64,000 nt of DNA from an uncultured virus (IMG/VR IMGVR_UViG_3300045974_000588) (taxonomy: Duplodnaviria; Heunggongvirae; Uroviricota; Caudoviricetes). A program made the translations under genes and the position numbers. Every line of letters begins with the position of its first letter. Position 1 is the first letter of the stretch. The stretch lies in IMG/VR virus record IMGVR_UViG_3300045974_000588, one strand, 5' to 3'. Of the stretch, positions 46,753 to 55,722 are shown in pieces. A model generated the notes under the pieces. That model was not told where the DNA came from. It did not search any database and worked only from the letters and a program-made list of their open reading frames with translations.

Positions 46753-46961
46753 TAGCGCCTTCCCATCATCTCAATGACAAACTGATCTTCTTCAGAGCTT
46801 TCTACTTTGAGAGACGTACTTTCGCCATAACAGCGTGGGTCGTTGCAGCGGAAAGTTCCAGCGGAGTTAACTTTCTGGCCAATTAGCTGGGCCATATCTC
46901 GGTGAGATACGGAGTTATCGAAGATAACGATGCCAACGTTTTCGAAATTGATGTACTTCAT
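46752..46961 (-). CDS. hypothetical phage protein
   Basis: MKYI...SAGTF...CYGESTSLKVES pattern common in phages. Confidence 0.65.
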   Translation of the reverse strand: MKYINFENVGIVIFDNSVSHRDMAQLIGQKVNSAGTFRCNDPRCYGESTSLKVESSEEDQFVIEMMGRR

Positions 46962-47218
46962 TTTTCACTCCGCTCAAGAACTGGAATTGGAATGTGATGG
47001 CGAATTCGAAGAGGGGCTTTGGCCCTCTGTTTGGCTATCTCAGCTCGGCGTTCATCTCCCCAACGCTTGGCTAGAAGAAGCATGAGCATCATTGTCAAGA
47101 AGCCGACAGTACTAACTGCGGCGTTCACGATCCAGATGTGGGCAAGAATGAAGTTGTAGAGAGCCATTACGCCGTTACCTCCACAGGCTTGACCCTCTTG
47201 ATATCCTTGCACCACCAA
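46958..47218 (-). CDS. small membrane protein (start probably MALY near 47167)
   Basis: Hydrophobic helix; GGAGG RBS. Confidence 0.55.
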   Translation of the reverse strand: MVVQGYQEGQACGGNGVMALYNFILAHIWIVNAAVSTVGFLTMMLMLLLAKRWGDERRAEIAKQRAKAPLRIRHHIPIPVLERSEK

Positions 47219-47361
47219 CGCTCGCCATTATCCATGTCGACGATGTAGGGAGGATCTGGAGCTTCTGCCATCGTACTGATGTGACTCAGAGTGCCTTCGA
47301 CCGTGAGATACTTGTTGTCCTTGAGGGAAGTTCCCTTGACCCTAGTTCCTAGCTTGATCAC
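47167..47361 (-). CDS. hypothetical protein
   Basis: GGAGG RBS; GTGA overlap. Confidence 0.6.
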   Translation of the reverse strand: MIKLGTRVKGTSLKDNKYLTVEGTLSHISTMAEAPDPPYIVDMDNGERWWCKDIKRVKPVEVTA

Positions 47362-48263
47362 TTTACCTCCACAGGCTTGTTAGCCTTGAGGATGATGCCT
47401 TCGTTCTTGATCCACTGGTCGAGCTGCTCAACCGTATACCAACCAGCGTCGTAAATGTGCTGCTCGCAGGGATTCAACCAGAAGATCACGGGATAGGTTG
47501 TCTTGATTTCACCGTTCTTCGTGCTCTTGATCTCAGTGGACCACTTGGGATCGAGGCAGTAGTGGCGCTTCTTCGCCTGTTCCAGCCGCTTGGCGATTCC
47601 AGTCTTCTCTGCTGCGTCCTTCAACTTGTAGATGTTCTCGTAGCCGGCCTTGAATCCATCCTTCATTTCCTGAGGAACCAGAGATTCGATTCCAAGCAAG
47701 AGGCCCGAAACTGGCTTGAATGGGTTTCCAGTGGTACTGATGTGAAGGACTGCGTCGCCCTTGAGCATCGCGTCCTTGAGCAACTTGAGGAATTCGATTA
47801 TCTCAGGTTCCCGGCTGACGATACCAAAGGAGCTTTCATCCCAGGCCGAATGAGTCTGGCGGGGCTTCCACTTCTCCGTGAGGTCCTTCTTGGTCAGCTT
47901 CTTGGGAATGCCGAGATCGTAAGAAGCAGCCGCCCAAGCCTTGGCGACGGGATCACCAATCTTGAGTTTGTAGCGCTTGAGATCTTTCTCGCTGAAGTTC
48001 CAGTTACGGAATCGGAGGTCGTCAATACCGAGGACAGCCAAACCCTTTTCTTCATACCAGATGACATCTTCGGGCTTGATGCGAATGCGACTGAAGTCGC
48101 AAACTCGCTTGTTATTGGCCTCTTCATCGCTCATCCCACCACAACGGCGACGAAGCGTCGAAACGCCGTGCTCGTGCTCCGAACACCAGTTGTGCTCCAG
48201 GAGAATGGAAATGGGCTTCTGTCCCTCTTCCCCAACCAGCTGCGTGCTCGCGCTACTCCGCAT
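47358..48263 (-). CDS. hypothetical protein
   Basis: 301-aa ORF behind promoter copy 7 and GGAGG. Confidence 0.75.
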   Translation of the reverse strand: MRSSASTQLVGEEGQKPISILLEHNWCSEHEHGVSTLRRRCGGMSDEEANNKRVCDFSRIRIKPEDVIWYEEKGLAVLGIDDLRFRNWNFSEKDLKRYKLKIGDPVAKAWAAASYDLGIPKKLTKKDLTEKWKPRQTHSAWDESSFGIVSREPEIIEFLKLLKDAMLKGDAVLHISTTGNPFKPVSGLLLGIESLVPQEMKDGFKAGYENIYKLKDAAEKTGIAKRLEQAKKRHYCLDPKWSTEIKSTKNGEIKTTYPVIFWLNPCEQHIYDAGWYTVEQLDQWIKNEGIILKANKPVEVK

Positions 48264-48284
48264 CTCTTTTCCTCCAATAAATAC

Positions 48285-48318
48285 AGTATAGGTTTTTGAA
48301 AAGAATTATCAAGAGGGG
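48285..48318 (-). promoter_or_regulatory. conserved phage promoter, copy 7 (TTGATA-16-TATACT)
   Basis: CCCCTCTTGATAATTC...TATACT. Confidence 0.8.
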
Positions 48319-48335
48319 TTCTTATTGAAAATTCG

Positions 48336-48374
48336 AGTTTGAAATCTCAGGTTATAATCTAAGTGAGGTAAACT
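48336..48374 (+). promoter_or_regulatory. RBS-sequestering hairpin with TATAAT in the loop
   Basis: AGTTT/AAACT and ATCTCA/TGAGGT flank GGTTATAAT. Confidence 0.55.
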
Positions 48375-48893
48375 ATGAAACTCAAGATTACTGCAGCGAT
48401 TGGTAAAAAGCCCACCCAACCAAGCCAAGAACTTTTGGATGCTATTGAAAATCGAAAAGCTAATCCAAAAGATATGGCTGCGTTCATTCGTCTCTTTGAC
48501 GCTATAAAGGCAGATTATGACGCTGTCTCAGGCAATGAAGGCTGCTGGCCAATCATGCAACGGCTAGGCATTCTAGATTCAGACATCAATCCGCTACTCG
48601 GCATGTGTAGAGTTTCTCCAGAAGGAAAACACGTTAACGACTACTACGACAAAGTAAACAAAGAATACGATGAAAAGAAACAGAATGGCCGTTTAGAAAA
48701 GTATGGCCCAGAGTTGGTGTCACTAGTAAAGCAAGTCTACAAATTCGCAGAACAGCCTGAAAACTATGAGAATGGTTGGGATTATCTTGCGGAAACTTGG
48801 GACTTTGAAGAAATGGCTGACTTCTTAGAGAAAGATAGCTGCAAGTCACTTGAAGAAGCCGTTGAAAAACTAAAAGAATTCGTGAGGAATTAG
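48375..48893 (+). CDS. protein with MKLKITAA leader
   Basis: Plus-strand island in a minus-strand block; GAGGT RBS. Confidence 0.75.
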   Translation: MKLKITAAIGKKPTQPSQELLDAIENRKANPKDMAAFIRLFDAIKADYDAVSGNEGCWPIMQRLGILDSDINPLLGMCRVSPEGKHVNDYYDKVNKEYDEKKQNGRLEKYGPELVSLVKQVYKFAEQPENYENGWDYLAETWDFEEMADFLEKDSCKSLEEAVEKLKEFVRN

Positions 48894-48894
48894 C

Positions 48895-49083
48895 ATGAAG
48901 CTTCGAATCAACGCCCACCTGAAGAAAGCTAGCGACGACGAGCGGGTAGAGGCATACGGCGTCAAGGGCATGAAATCCACGCCTTGGCGCAAAGTCTTTA
49001 AGAATCAGAAAGCTCTCGAAGCTTGGATGGACAAGAACGATGGCGATGTGGAAGTGAAGGGCACTCGTAAGTACGAAGGCTAG
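48895..49083 (+). CDS. small protein with MKLRINA leader
   Basis: GAGGA RBS; shared leader. Confidence 0.7.
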   Translation: MKLRINAHLKKASDDERVEAYGVKGMKSTPWRKVFKNQKALEAWMDKNDGDVEVKGTRKYEG

Positions 49084-49241
49084 ACTAGCGACGAGTGGTT
49101 CTCTTTTCTATTCCAACGCAGTACCCACCGGATGATTCTACGGGCGTGGGGAGACACATCAAGCCCGCGACTACGGTGGCACCAGCGAGTCGTCTTGGGT
49201 GTTCGTGCCACTGACAAACCTCCTTAGATGTAATCGTTGAA

Positions 49242-49547
49242 TTAGCGACCTCGACCAATTCGGCGCCATCGGAATTTTTCGTAAAGTTTGGCTACAATGA
49301 CAAGGATCACGGCAAGGATTGCGAATCCAACAATGAAGTCACCAGCCATCGTGGGAGTGAAGTAGCCTTCCGACCACCAGAACTCGTCGGCCTGCTGCTC
49401 TCGTTGACTTCGGTAAACGATCACCTTCTGAGGTTCCTTCGCTTGCAGGATCATCGTCCAAACTCCCTTTCGAGGATTGTGTAGGCAGCGCTCAGGCGCT
49501 TGAAGGCCTCTTCTGCAGCCTTTCGTTCCATTCCGTGAATGTTGCAC
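49242..49547 (-). CDS. small membrane protein (start probably MILQ near 49454)
   Basis: C-terminal transmembrane helix. Confidence 0.55.
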   Translation of the reverse strand: MQHSRNGTKGCRRGLQAPERCLHNPRKGVWTMILQAKEPQKVIVYRSQREQQADEFWWSEGYFTPTMAGDFIVGFAILAVILVIVAKLYEKFRWRRIGRGR

Positions 49548-49822
49548 CGATCGGGATGAACCTCCATCGCCTTAGTGCGGTAAGCCTTCTTGATGTCGTC
49601 CCAGGTGGCCTTTGGACCAACGCCCATGATGAACCGAGGGGACTGATCGTCGCCGTGGAGGATCTCTTCCGCTTCCTCGAATCCCATCCGCTGATGGAAC
49701 GCGCCAGCCCACTGATCTTCTGAACCGTAACCCTCGACCTTCGGATCGTAGGTTTTGTATTTGGCGAAGATGTCACCGAATTTCTTGGGTGGCTTGGGCG
49801 TGGTGCTTCGAGCTCGTGCCAT
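49451..49822 (-). CDS. DnaJ (J-domain) protein
   Basis: ATWDDIKKAYRTKAMEVHPD...FKRLSAAYTIL. Confidence 0.9.
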   Translation of the reverse strand: MARARSTTPKPPKKFGDIFAKYKTYDPKVEGYGSEDQWAGAFHQRMGFEEAEEILHGDDQSPRFIMGVGPKATWDDIKKAYRTKAMEVHPDRCNIHGMERKAAEEAFKRLSAAYTILEREFGR

Positions 49823-50310
49823 TACTCCACCTCACCGTAAGCGCTACGAATGTAACCCAGCGCTTCTTTGGAATCGCTCATGTAGAACAGCTTGGTATCG
49901 GGACGGGTTTCCGGGTAGTTGTTGGCGAACCACTGACCGAACCGCTGACCAGAAACTTTCCCATCGAGATCGACCGACCACTTGTGGTAGGCTTCGTCGA
50001 TCTGCCAGATGGGATACTTCTTGATGTTCCAGCTCTTATTCCACTGCTTGATGGTGTCGAGGACGGCAGGCGCGCTCGGGTTCAGGTTGCTCATCGCCTT
50101 CCTGAAGAACTTGCTGACGATCTGAGCGGACCAGCGAAGAGCCAAATCAGGGTTTTCTCCACCATCCGAACTCACCACCTGAGCGAAGTTGTGGCAGTAG
50201 AGGCTTCCCTGAATGCCATGATCGTTGTCCACGCTCTCCTGAATTGCGAGGCAGATGGCGCGGGTTTCAACCGGTCCGGCGTTCTTGGTCAGCTTTGAAA
50301 GGATGGTCAT
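49822..50310 (-). CDS. hypothetical protein
   Basis: GGAG RBS; TAATG coupling. Confidence 0.7.
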   Translation of the reverse strand: MTILSKLTKNAGPVETRAICLAIQESVDNDHGIQGSLYCHNFAQVVSSDGGENPDLALRWSAQIVSKFFRKAMSNLNPSAPAVLDTIKQWNKSWNIKKYPIWQIDEAYHKWSVDLDGKVSGQRFGQWFANNYPETRPDTKLFYMSDSKEALGYIRSAYGEVE

Positions 50311-50334
50311 TTGATCTCCAGGTTGACTTGCGGG

Positions 50335-50577
50335 TTAGCGCATGCTCACTTCGAAGGGGCGGTAGTTGCCGGGGAGGCCGATGCTGGTCAGGTGCTTGCA
50401 GTGCTTGTGCCGAATCCAGCCCGGGCAGCTGCAACCCCAGAACTTGCTGGTCTTGTGCTGGGCGACCGTGTAGACTCGGTTCGAAGAGCTGCTCTTGATC
50501 TCGAAGCGGTTCGTCCACTGACCGTTGTCAGGAAGTGCGACTGAACCTTGAGGACGGGTGACGATTGCGTTTGCCAT
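50335..50577 (-). CDS. small SWIM zinc-finger protein
   Basis: WGCSCPGWIRHKHCKHL. Confidence 0.8.
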   Translation of the reverse strand: MANAIVTRPQGSVALPDNGQWTNRFEIKSSSSNRVYTVAQHKTSKFWGCSCPGWIRHKHCKHLTSIGLPGNYRPFEVSMR

Positions 50578-50651
50578 GATTATTTCCTCCAACATTACAA
50601 TATAAGGTTGGCCCAGAAATTATCAATAGGGTTTTCAAAGTTTTTCAAATT
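50572..50651 (-). repeat. 80-bp promoter+RBS+ATG cassette, copy B; contains promoter copy 8 (TTGATA-16-TATATT, 50599-50626)
   Basis: 75/80 identical to 46114-46193. Confidence 0.9.
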
Positions 50652-50944
50652 TTCTTTAGATATCTGCCTGGAGGTTCTCGAAGCAGTCTTTACATAGAGC
50701 TTCTTTGACCGTAATCCCATCGATATCGTGCTTGTAGGGATTTACCAAAGTCTCTACATCATGCTTTAGCTTGTTGCAGTGTTCGCAACGGCGTCGTCGT
50801 TTAGCTTTCATTTGATCCTCACAGGACACAGAGCTGGAGTAGGTAACCAAAGCATCCTCCGGAGAAAAGAATCTCCAGGGAAACCATGGAAGTATCGTTC
50901 CATTCCAAACGGGAATCGATAGCAGAATGAAAATCGTTTTCGCA

Positions 50945-51655
50945 TTAGGAGTAGGTCTCCACGATGGATCGAACATGCGCTTCCGTTGAGGCTAACATCC
51001 TACCGTGCTCTTCGATGTCGGCATCTTTGACAACCATCTTCAGAGCGTCTAGGAACATGTTCTTCAGATCCGAATCCCGAACCGAATTCTTGTCACGAAC
51101 CTCGGCTAGCATGTGATTCTTCCAGAAGTTGTAGCTCTTACGAAGGGCAGCTTCGAACTCTTCAGAAGCCATGTTCGTAGCCGTACCACCGTCAGCCTTG
51201 AAGTGATTGGCCATCAGCGTGCTAGGGGTCATTGGCTCGGCCTCGTCCGTTGTATGGGCAAGCACCGTGATGATTTCCCAATCAGCTTCGGAAGATCTGT
51301 CGTTGTCTTCAGCCAGAACTTCGTAGCTGTAAAGAACAACGCTAACGCTCTTTGCCAGAGGGAGCTCATCGACCAGAGCGTAAGTACGCTTCCTGGGAGT
51401 CTCACCCTCGACACGACTCTCGTAAGTGGAAACGATCTCCGTATCTGGGGTGATCTCCACCACCGAAGTCTTGATCTGCTTGACCTCGATGGGCACCAAG
51501 ATCACGCCATCCCGGTATCCTGGCTTGGCGAATTCGAAGTTCCGCATGACGGCCTCGATGAGCGTCTTGTCATCGTAGCTCTCGTAGAAGCCCTCAGGCT
51601 TGCGGAAGCCCTTGAAGAAGTTGCTAACTGCGATATCGCAAAATTCGAGGGTCAT
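50945..51655 (-). CDS. DUF3228-like protein
   Basis: PGYRDG, VVLYS, DWEII, EPMTPSTLMAN...GG...SYNFW resemble DUF3228. Confidence 0.55.
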   Translation of the reverse strand: MTLEFCDIAVSNFFKGFRKPEGFYESYDDKTLIEAVMRNFEFAKPGYRDGVILVPIEVKQIKTSVVEITPDTEIVSTYESRVEGETPRKRTYALVDELPLAKSVSVVLYSYEVLAEDNDRSSEADWEIITVLAHTTDEAEPMTPSTLMANHFKADGGTATNMASEEFEAALRKSYNFWKNHMLAEVRDKNSVRDSDLKNMFLDALKMVVKDADIEEHGRMLASTEAHVRSIVETYS

Positions 51656-51810
51656 AAGTCTCCTAGTTGAGAAAGTGTTTGCTTCCAAGTTGTAGTGCTA
51701 AAGTTGCTTCAGGAGGGATAGGTATAGATTGTTTTTGAAGAGAATTTACAAGGTTTTGAAGTGCATTTTGAAGCTTTACTCCTGCTTCGTACATGGATCC
51801 TTCAAGGTGT

Positions 51811-52227
51811 TTAGACATTCTTCACCTCTCGGACATTTGCCTTTCGGAAGTAGTCAAATCGCCAGCAGGGGTAGCCATTGGACACGTTGCAGTATTCCAT
51901 GACCATCGTGAGTTCGAGTTCAGGATCTTCGCACCAATCTCGGAGGAAAGCTTCAATCTTTTCAGGTTCTCGGCTGTCCCAATACTGACTCTTGTTGCCA
52001 AAGTGCTTCATGCAGAGGAGATCGTACTTTGGGAAATCCCACTGCGTAAGACGGTCGGAGTATATAGTCCCGTTCGCCTTGGGCTTGTTGGTGTCCCGCC
52101 ACTGAACGAAACCATCGTAGCTGTAAGGATACTGTTGCTTGGTGCGTTCCACAGGCTGACCATGTTCGTCTACCGGACCAATCACCATTTTGCCCTGATT
52201 GTCTCGGTAAGCAAAAACCGTAAACAT
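51811..52227 (-). CDS. hypothetical phage protein
   Basis: YPYSYD, IYSDRL..WD, NVSNGYPCW; GGAGG RBS. Confidence 0.7.
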   Translation of the reverse strand: MFTVFAYRDNQGKMVIGPVDEHGQPVERTKQQYPYSYDGFVQWRDTNKPKANGTIYSDRLTQWDFPKYDLLCMKHFGNKSQYWDSREPEKIEAFLRDWCEDPELELTMVMEYCNVSNGYPCWRFDYFRKANVREVKNV

Positions 52228-52571
52228 TACTTAGCCTCCAAAGTGGGAAGAGCTGCGATGTGAACCGTAATCCCCATATCCTTGCCACAAAAGAAATCCC
52301 ACTCAATTAAAGCCCAACCAGCTGGGAGTTTGAATTTCGCAGAACTATCACCAGCTTCTGCGTCCAGGAAGATGGATCGAGTAGCTTCTCCAGTTTCCAT
52401 GTTGAGAAGCGCGTATTGGTGAAAAGTGCCACCCTCACAAAAATTATTCAAGAAGCAAGATTCTTGAACTACGCCACGAAACTTACGACCTGTGTAGTCA
52501 GGAAACACACTGGACTTAATGACCTTTCGCAGAGCGGGAATGACTTCGAAATCTCCCATTTTCTGTCCCAT
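52227..52571 (-). CDS. hypothetical protein (MGQKMGDF...)
   Basis: ATG 7 nt behind GGAGG, downstream of promoter copy 9. Confidence 0.7.
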   Translation of the reverse strand: MGQKMGDFEVIPALRKVIKSSVFPDYTGRKFRGVVQESCFLNNFCEGGTFHQYALLNMETGEATRSIFLDAEAGDSSAKFKLPAGWALIEWDFFCGKDMGITVHIAALPTLEAK

Positions 52572-52576
52572 AACAT

Positions 52577-52626
52577 TTCCTCCACAATACCAATTTAGGT
52601 ATTGTGGAGGAATTATCAAGAGGGGT
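52577..52626 (-). promoter_or_regulatory. promoter copy 9 (TTGATA-16-TAAATT) embedded in a perfect 15-bp inverted repeat
   Basis: TTCCTCCACAATACC-TAAATT-GGTATTGTGGAGGAA on the minus strand. Confidence 0.85.
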
Positions 52627-52631
52627 TTTAA

Positions 52632-53186
52632 TTAATTTCGACCCTTGGCGATTTCCGTGTCCAGCTTGGTTAAAGAATCTTCCAGAAGCTTCTGGCTCTT
52701 CAGGTCCTTGATTACCTCGAAACCAGCGTCATCGCCGAGAGACGCTAGCACGAAGAGGTTTCCAGTCTGGTGATCCGTCCAGTAGTTGGTGACTCGCATG
52801 TTCTTAAGCTTGACTGTCACCAGACTACGCATCACGTTACGAGTCTCCTGGGCCATCTGAGTGTTGATCTTCTTCCCGGAGGTGGCCTGAGAAGCGGTCG
52901 TCTCGGCGTAAAGAGCGTCCACGTTGGCCTGAAGCTTGACAGCCAGATTGGCCATCGCGTGATTTACGGCGACAGTTCGCTGAAAGCCAAGATCATGAAG
53001 TGGGTTGTCCTGAGCAATGCCCACTGCAGTGAGCTTCCCGGCTCGATCTCCGTTGTCGACCCACTCAGGCTGAGCTGGGTTGCGGGTGGAACTGGCCTTG
53101 GTAACTTCTTCAGCCACCGTCTTTGGCTTATTACAACCGACGATACCTGCGATGAAGATCAGGGAGAAAAGTAGAGCCTTGCGCAT
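52632..53186 (-). CDS. LPP20-like lipoprotein
   Basis: Lipobox IVGC; QPEWV, AVGIA, AMANLA, YWTD...LFVLA. Confidence 0.75.
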   Translation of the reverse strand: MRKALLFSLIFIAGIVGCNKPKTVAEEVTKASSTRNPAQPEWVDNGDRAGKLTAVGIAQDNPLHDLGFQRTVAVNHAMANLAVKLQANVDALYAETTASQATSGKKINTQMAQETRNVMRSLVTVKLKNMRVTNYWTDHQTGNLFVLASLGDDAGFEVIKDLKSQKLLEDSLTKLDTEIAKGRN

Positions 53187-53194
53187 GTAACCTC

Positions 53195-53812
53195 CTAAGG
53201 TTGGCGCTGAGAGGGTCGCCTCTCGAAAGTTGTGGGTTTTACTGCTGGTTTGTATTTGAGAGCGTTATACGCTTTCTCAAAGGTGAAAACGTAGACTCCA
53301 AGGTTCCGAGCCTTGTTAAGCTTGGCCTTGAATGATGTTGATTTTTCGTTGAAGTAGTATGAATTTGGTTGCATGTAACTCATTTCTGATAAGTATGATT
53401 CTAATTGCCTCCAGTAGAAATCTTGCAGAACCATTCTGTCCAACTGAACTAAGCAGAATGTGATGCCATCTTCATGTTCTAAACGCCGAACAGAAACTCC
53501 CGGAATATCTGAAAGGTATGAAGAAACTTCAATTTCACTATCGTTTTCTTGTTTATCCTTGAAACTGCCGAAGAACGTATTCTTTTGCGATGTACTTCGA
53601 GTTTCCGTTTGAGTGGAATCCACCGTTACAAAAATTCGAGAAGATAAATCTTGAAGTGCTCGAAGCTTCGCTTTTTCAGCGGCTATTGGATCCTTCCCCT
53701 TCACCATCCCAACACCATAATAATAGGCGGGGTTGTTTTGTGGTGGAGTGGAAACCCAGGCTGGAAACATCATCGCACCCAAATCTTTGCGCCGGTTACG
53801 CGCTTTTTGCAT
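53195..53812 (-). CDS. LPP20-like domain protein
   Basis: PAWV, YYYGVG, AKLRALQDLSSRIFVTVDS. Confidence 0.65.
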   Translation of the reverse strand: MQKARNRRKDLGAMMFPAWVSTPPQNNPAYYYGVGMVKGKDPIAAEKAKLRALQDLSSRIFVTVDSTQTETRSTSQKNTFFGSFKDKQENDSEIEVSSYLSDIPGVSVRRLEHEDGITFCLVQLDRMVLQDFYWRQLESYLSEMSYMQPNSYYFNEKSTSFKAKLNKARNLGVYVFTFEKAYNALKYKPAVKPTTFERRPSQRQP

Positions 53813-53943
53813 TCAGGGCAATCAAAACCTACTGTATCTTCTTCTCTTTCATTGGTTCCGGCTTCCAGGACGGTTAGAGTAGCAAGCAAGAGCTCTTCAC
53901 CACACTTGTGGCAAGTTACAAAAGCTGCCTTCTTGATTGCCAT
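53770..53943 (-). CDS. small zinc-ribbon protein
   Basis: CHKC...CPEC; ATG behind GGAGG and promoter copy 10. Confidence 0.65.
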   Translation of the reverse strand: MAIKKAAFVTCHKCGEELLLATLTVLEAGTNEREEDTVGFDCPECKKRVTGAKIWVR

Positions 53944-53961
53944 CCTGGCCTCCATAAACAC

Positions 53962-53995
53962 AGTATAAGTACGGGGTGAGAATTATCAATAGGGG
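53962..53995 (-). promoter_or_regulatory. conserved phage promoter, copy 10 (TTGATA-16-TATACT)
   Basis: CCCCTATTGATAATTC...TATACT. Confidence 0.85.
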
Positions 53996-54126
53996 ATTAG
54001 AAGTTTTTCATATTTATTTTGCTGCCAATTTCCCAAATTTCGGTGTTATAGATACAGGTCGTATTCAAGCAGTTTGATTCGGCATCGAGTCAAATGTTTT
54101 TAGGTTACCAATCTTGGAGGAAGTAA

Positions 54127-55347
54127 ATGGCCAACCCAATTCAGTTCAAACTTCGTTATGGAGCCTTGGCTCCCTATCAGGATCTGGTGCAAGCGATCTC
54201 CAAGATTCCGAATGATGAAGGATCTACCTTTGATTTGATGGTGACTCCGGTTAAGGCCGATGGAAAACCGGATACTTTGGTCCTGGAAGTATCTCGTGAG
54301 AAATCTTACGGCATCGTTCAGATTACTGAGGGTGTGGAGATCATCGCTGGTGAGGGGACATCGTTCCTACTGGCGTCTTCATACTTCGATTCTCTCCCGG
54401 CCATCGAATCTGATGAGCGAATTACGTTTACAGTGGACGATCGAGTCTACGTTGCGTATCCTGAGATCAAGGACATGATGGAGGAGCTCAAGTTCGATTT
54501 CGAATATAGTGACAATCTGGCACTGTTTACTCGGAAAGAAACGGTTCAGCCGGCTTACACACTTACCCAGCCCACCTTGAAGCTTCTTGCAACTTACTTA
54601 AACGCGGCAGCATCTTATGCAGACAAGAAGAAGGCTGATAGCGTTACTTCGTTGGTGAAAGTGACCATTACGCCTGCCACCAAGATCATGACGGTGGAAT
54701 CTACCAATACGACGGACGCTTTCTTCGCAGAAATTCCTTTGACCGTGAACTTCGCAGCCAATACGCCTGTATTCGAAGGGCTCTTGCATCCGACGCATTG
54801 GTCTTCGGTCCTCTTCGTTGGTGACAAGACTGGAACAGATGTGTTCATTGGAATGGACCAGTCTCAGATTTCCATTGTCTCTAATAATATGGTGCTGACC
54901 TTGTCGCTGATGAACCTCAGTGGCTTCCCTGAAATTGGCACTGCGATTCGCACTTGGATTCAGAATGGATCAGATGCGTTTACTGCGATCATCGATCCTA
55001 TTCGTTTCCAGGAACGCCTAAAGTACATTGAATCGATTGGCTTGGCAGCTAAGTCTTACGAGCCTCTTTTCATCATGAATAATACGGCTGGATCTACGCT
55101 AGTTCGTTTGAAGGGCTATCAGAGTAACGGTAGTTCGAAACTGACAGACAAGGCCGCTTTGAACATCAACTGGTCAGAAGGCTCCCATGACATTCGCCTT
55201 CCTGCTCGCCTCTTGGTTCAGGCTCTTAGTATCTCGCAGACACTTGGTTTGACTGAGTTCTACGACCTGAAGGGTCTTACTTCGATTTTCCTGTCGAATC
55301 CTGAAAAGACATGCTTTATCCTTCTGGCTCAAGAAGCTTCAGAGTAA
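54127..55347 (+). CDS. probable DNA sliding clamp (beta-clamp-like)
   Basis: 406 aa with three repeats of beta-alpha-beta pattern; VESTNT, LSGFPEI, LLVQAL, FILLA echo DnaN landmarks. Confidence 0.5.
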   Translation: MANPIQFKLRYGALAPYQDLVQAISKIPNDEGSTFDLMVTPVKADGKPDTLVLEVSREKSYGIVQITEGVEIIAGEGTSFLLASSYFDSLPAIESDERITFTVDDRVYVAYPEIKDMMEELKFDFEYSDNLALFTRKETVQPAYTLTQPTLKLLATYLNAAASYADKKKADSVTSLVKVTITPATKIMTVESTNTTDAFFAEIPLTVNFAANTPVFEGLLHPTHWSSVLFVGDKTGTDVFIGMDQSQISIVSNNMVLTLSLMNLSGFPEIGTAIRTWIQNGSDAFTAIIDPIRFQERLKYIESIGLAAKSYEPLFIMNNTAGSTLVRLKGYQSNGSSKLTDKAALNINWSEGSHDIRLPARLLVQALSISQTLGLTEFYDLKGLTSIFLSNPEKTCFILLAQEASE

Positions 55348-55350
55348 ACA

Positions 55351-55722
55351 ATGGCCGAAGAAGTCGTTAATTGTCAGTTTTGCGATAGTGAAGAAACTGG
55401 TCAGGGTTTTGGAACCCCTTATGGAATCTGCGCTAGTTGCGCTTGTCCAAAGTGTCGGGGGTTCCAATTCTTTGACGATAGAGGATTCCTCTTAACTGGC
55501 CAGCCATTCTTTTCCAAGACTCCTTGCCCAGAGTGCAATGGTTCTGGTCAAAAACCTGTAATTGTACCCACTCAGAAAACAAGAGAAGTTTCTATTCCTT
55601 TTGCTGAAAATGGGAAGACTTTTTCGATTTCAAACAACGAAACCAGAAATCAGCTACCCGTTAAGATAACGTTTACGCTCAGGCCAAATCAATCAGTGGA
55701 TTTGAACTTTCGGAGTTCCTAG
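55351..55722 (+). CDS. cysteine-rich zinc-finger protein
   Basis: CQFC, CASCACPKCRG, CPECNGSG. Confidence 0.65.
   Translation: MAEEVVNCQFCDSEETGQGFGTPYGICASCACPKCRGFQFFDDRGFLLTGQPFFSKTPCPECNGSGQKPVIVPTQKTREVSIPFAENGKTFSISNNETRNQLPVKITFTLRPNQSVDLNFRSS

Noticed and set aside
42881..48299. Long plus-strand ORFs (42881..43492, 44685..45389, 47457..48299)
   Set aside because: Antisense shadows of GC-rich minus-strand genes with recognisable motifs; no RBS or domain features
51715..51755. Eleventh copy of the conserved promoter
   Set aside because: TTGTAA with a similar spacer start but no -10 box at 16 bp; too degenerate to count
6541..54000. Repeated CCCTATTGATAATT motif as a CRISPR repeat or att site
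   Set aside because: Dispersed at irregular kb distances, always paired with a -10 box and usually an RBS; no cas or integrase genes
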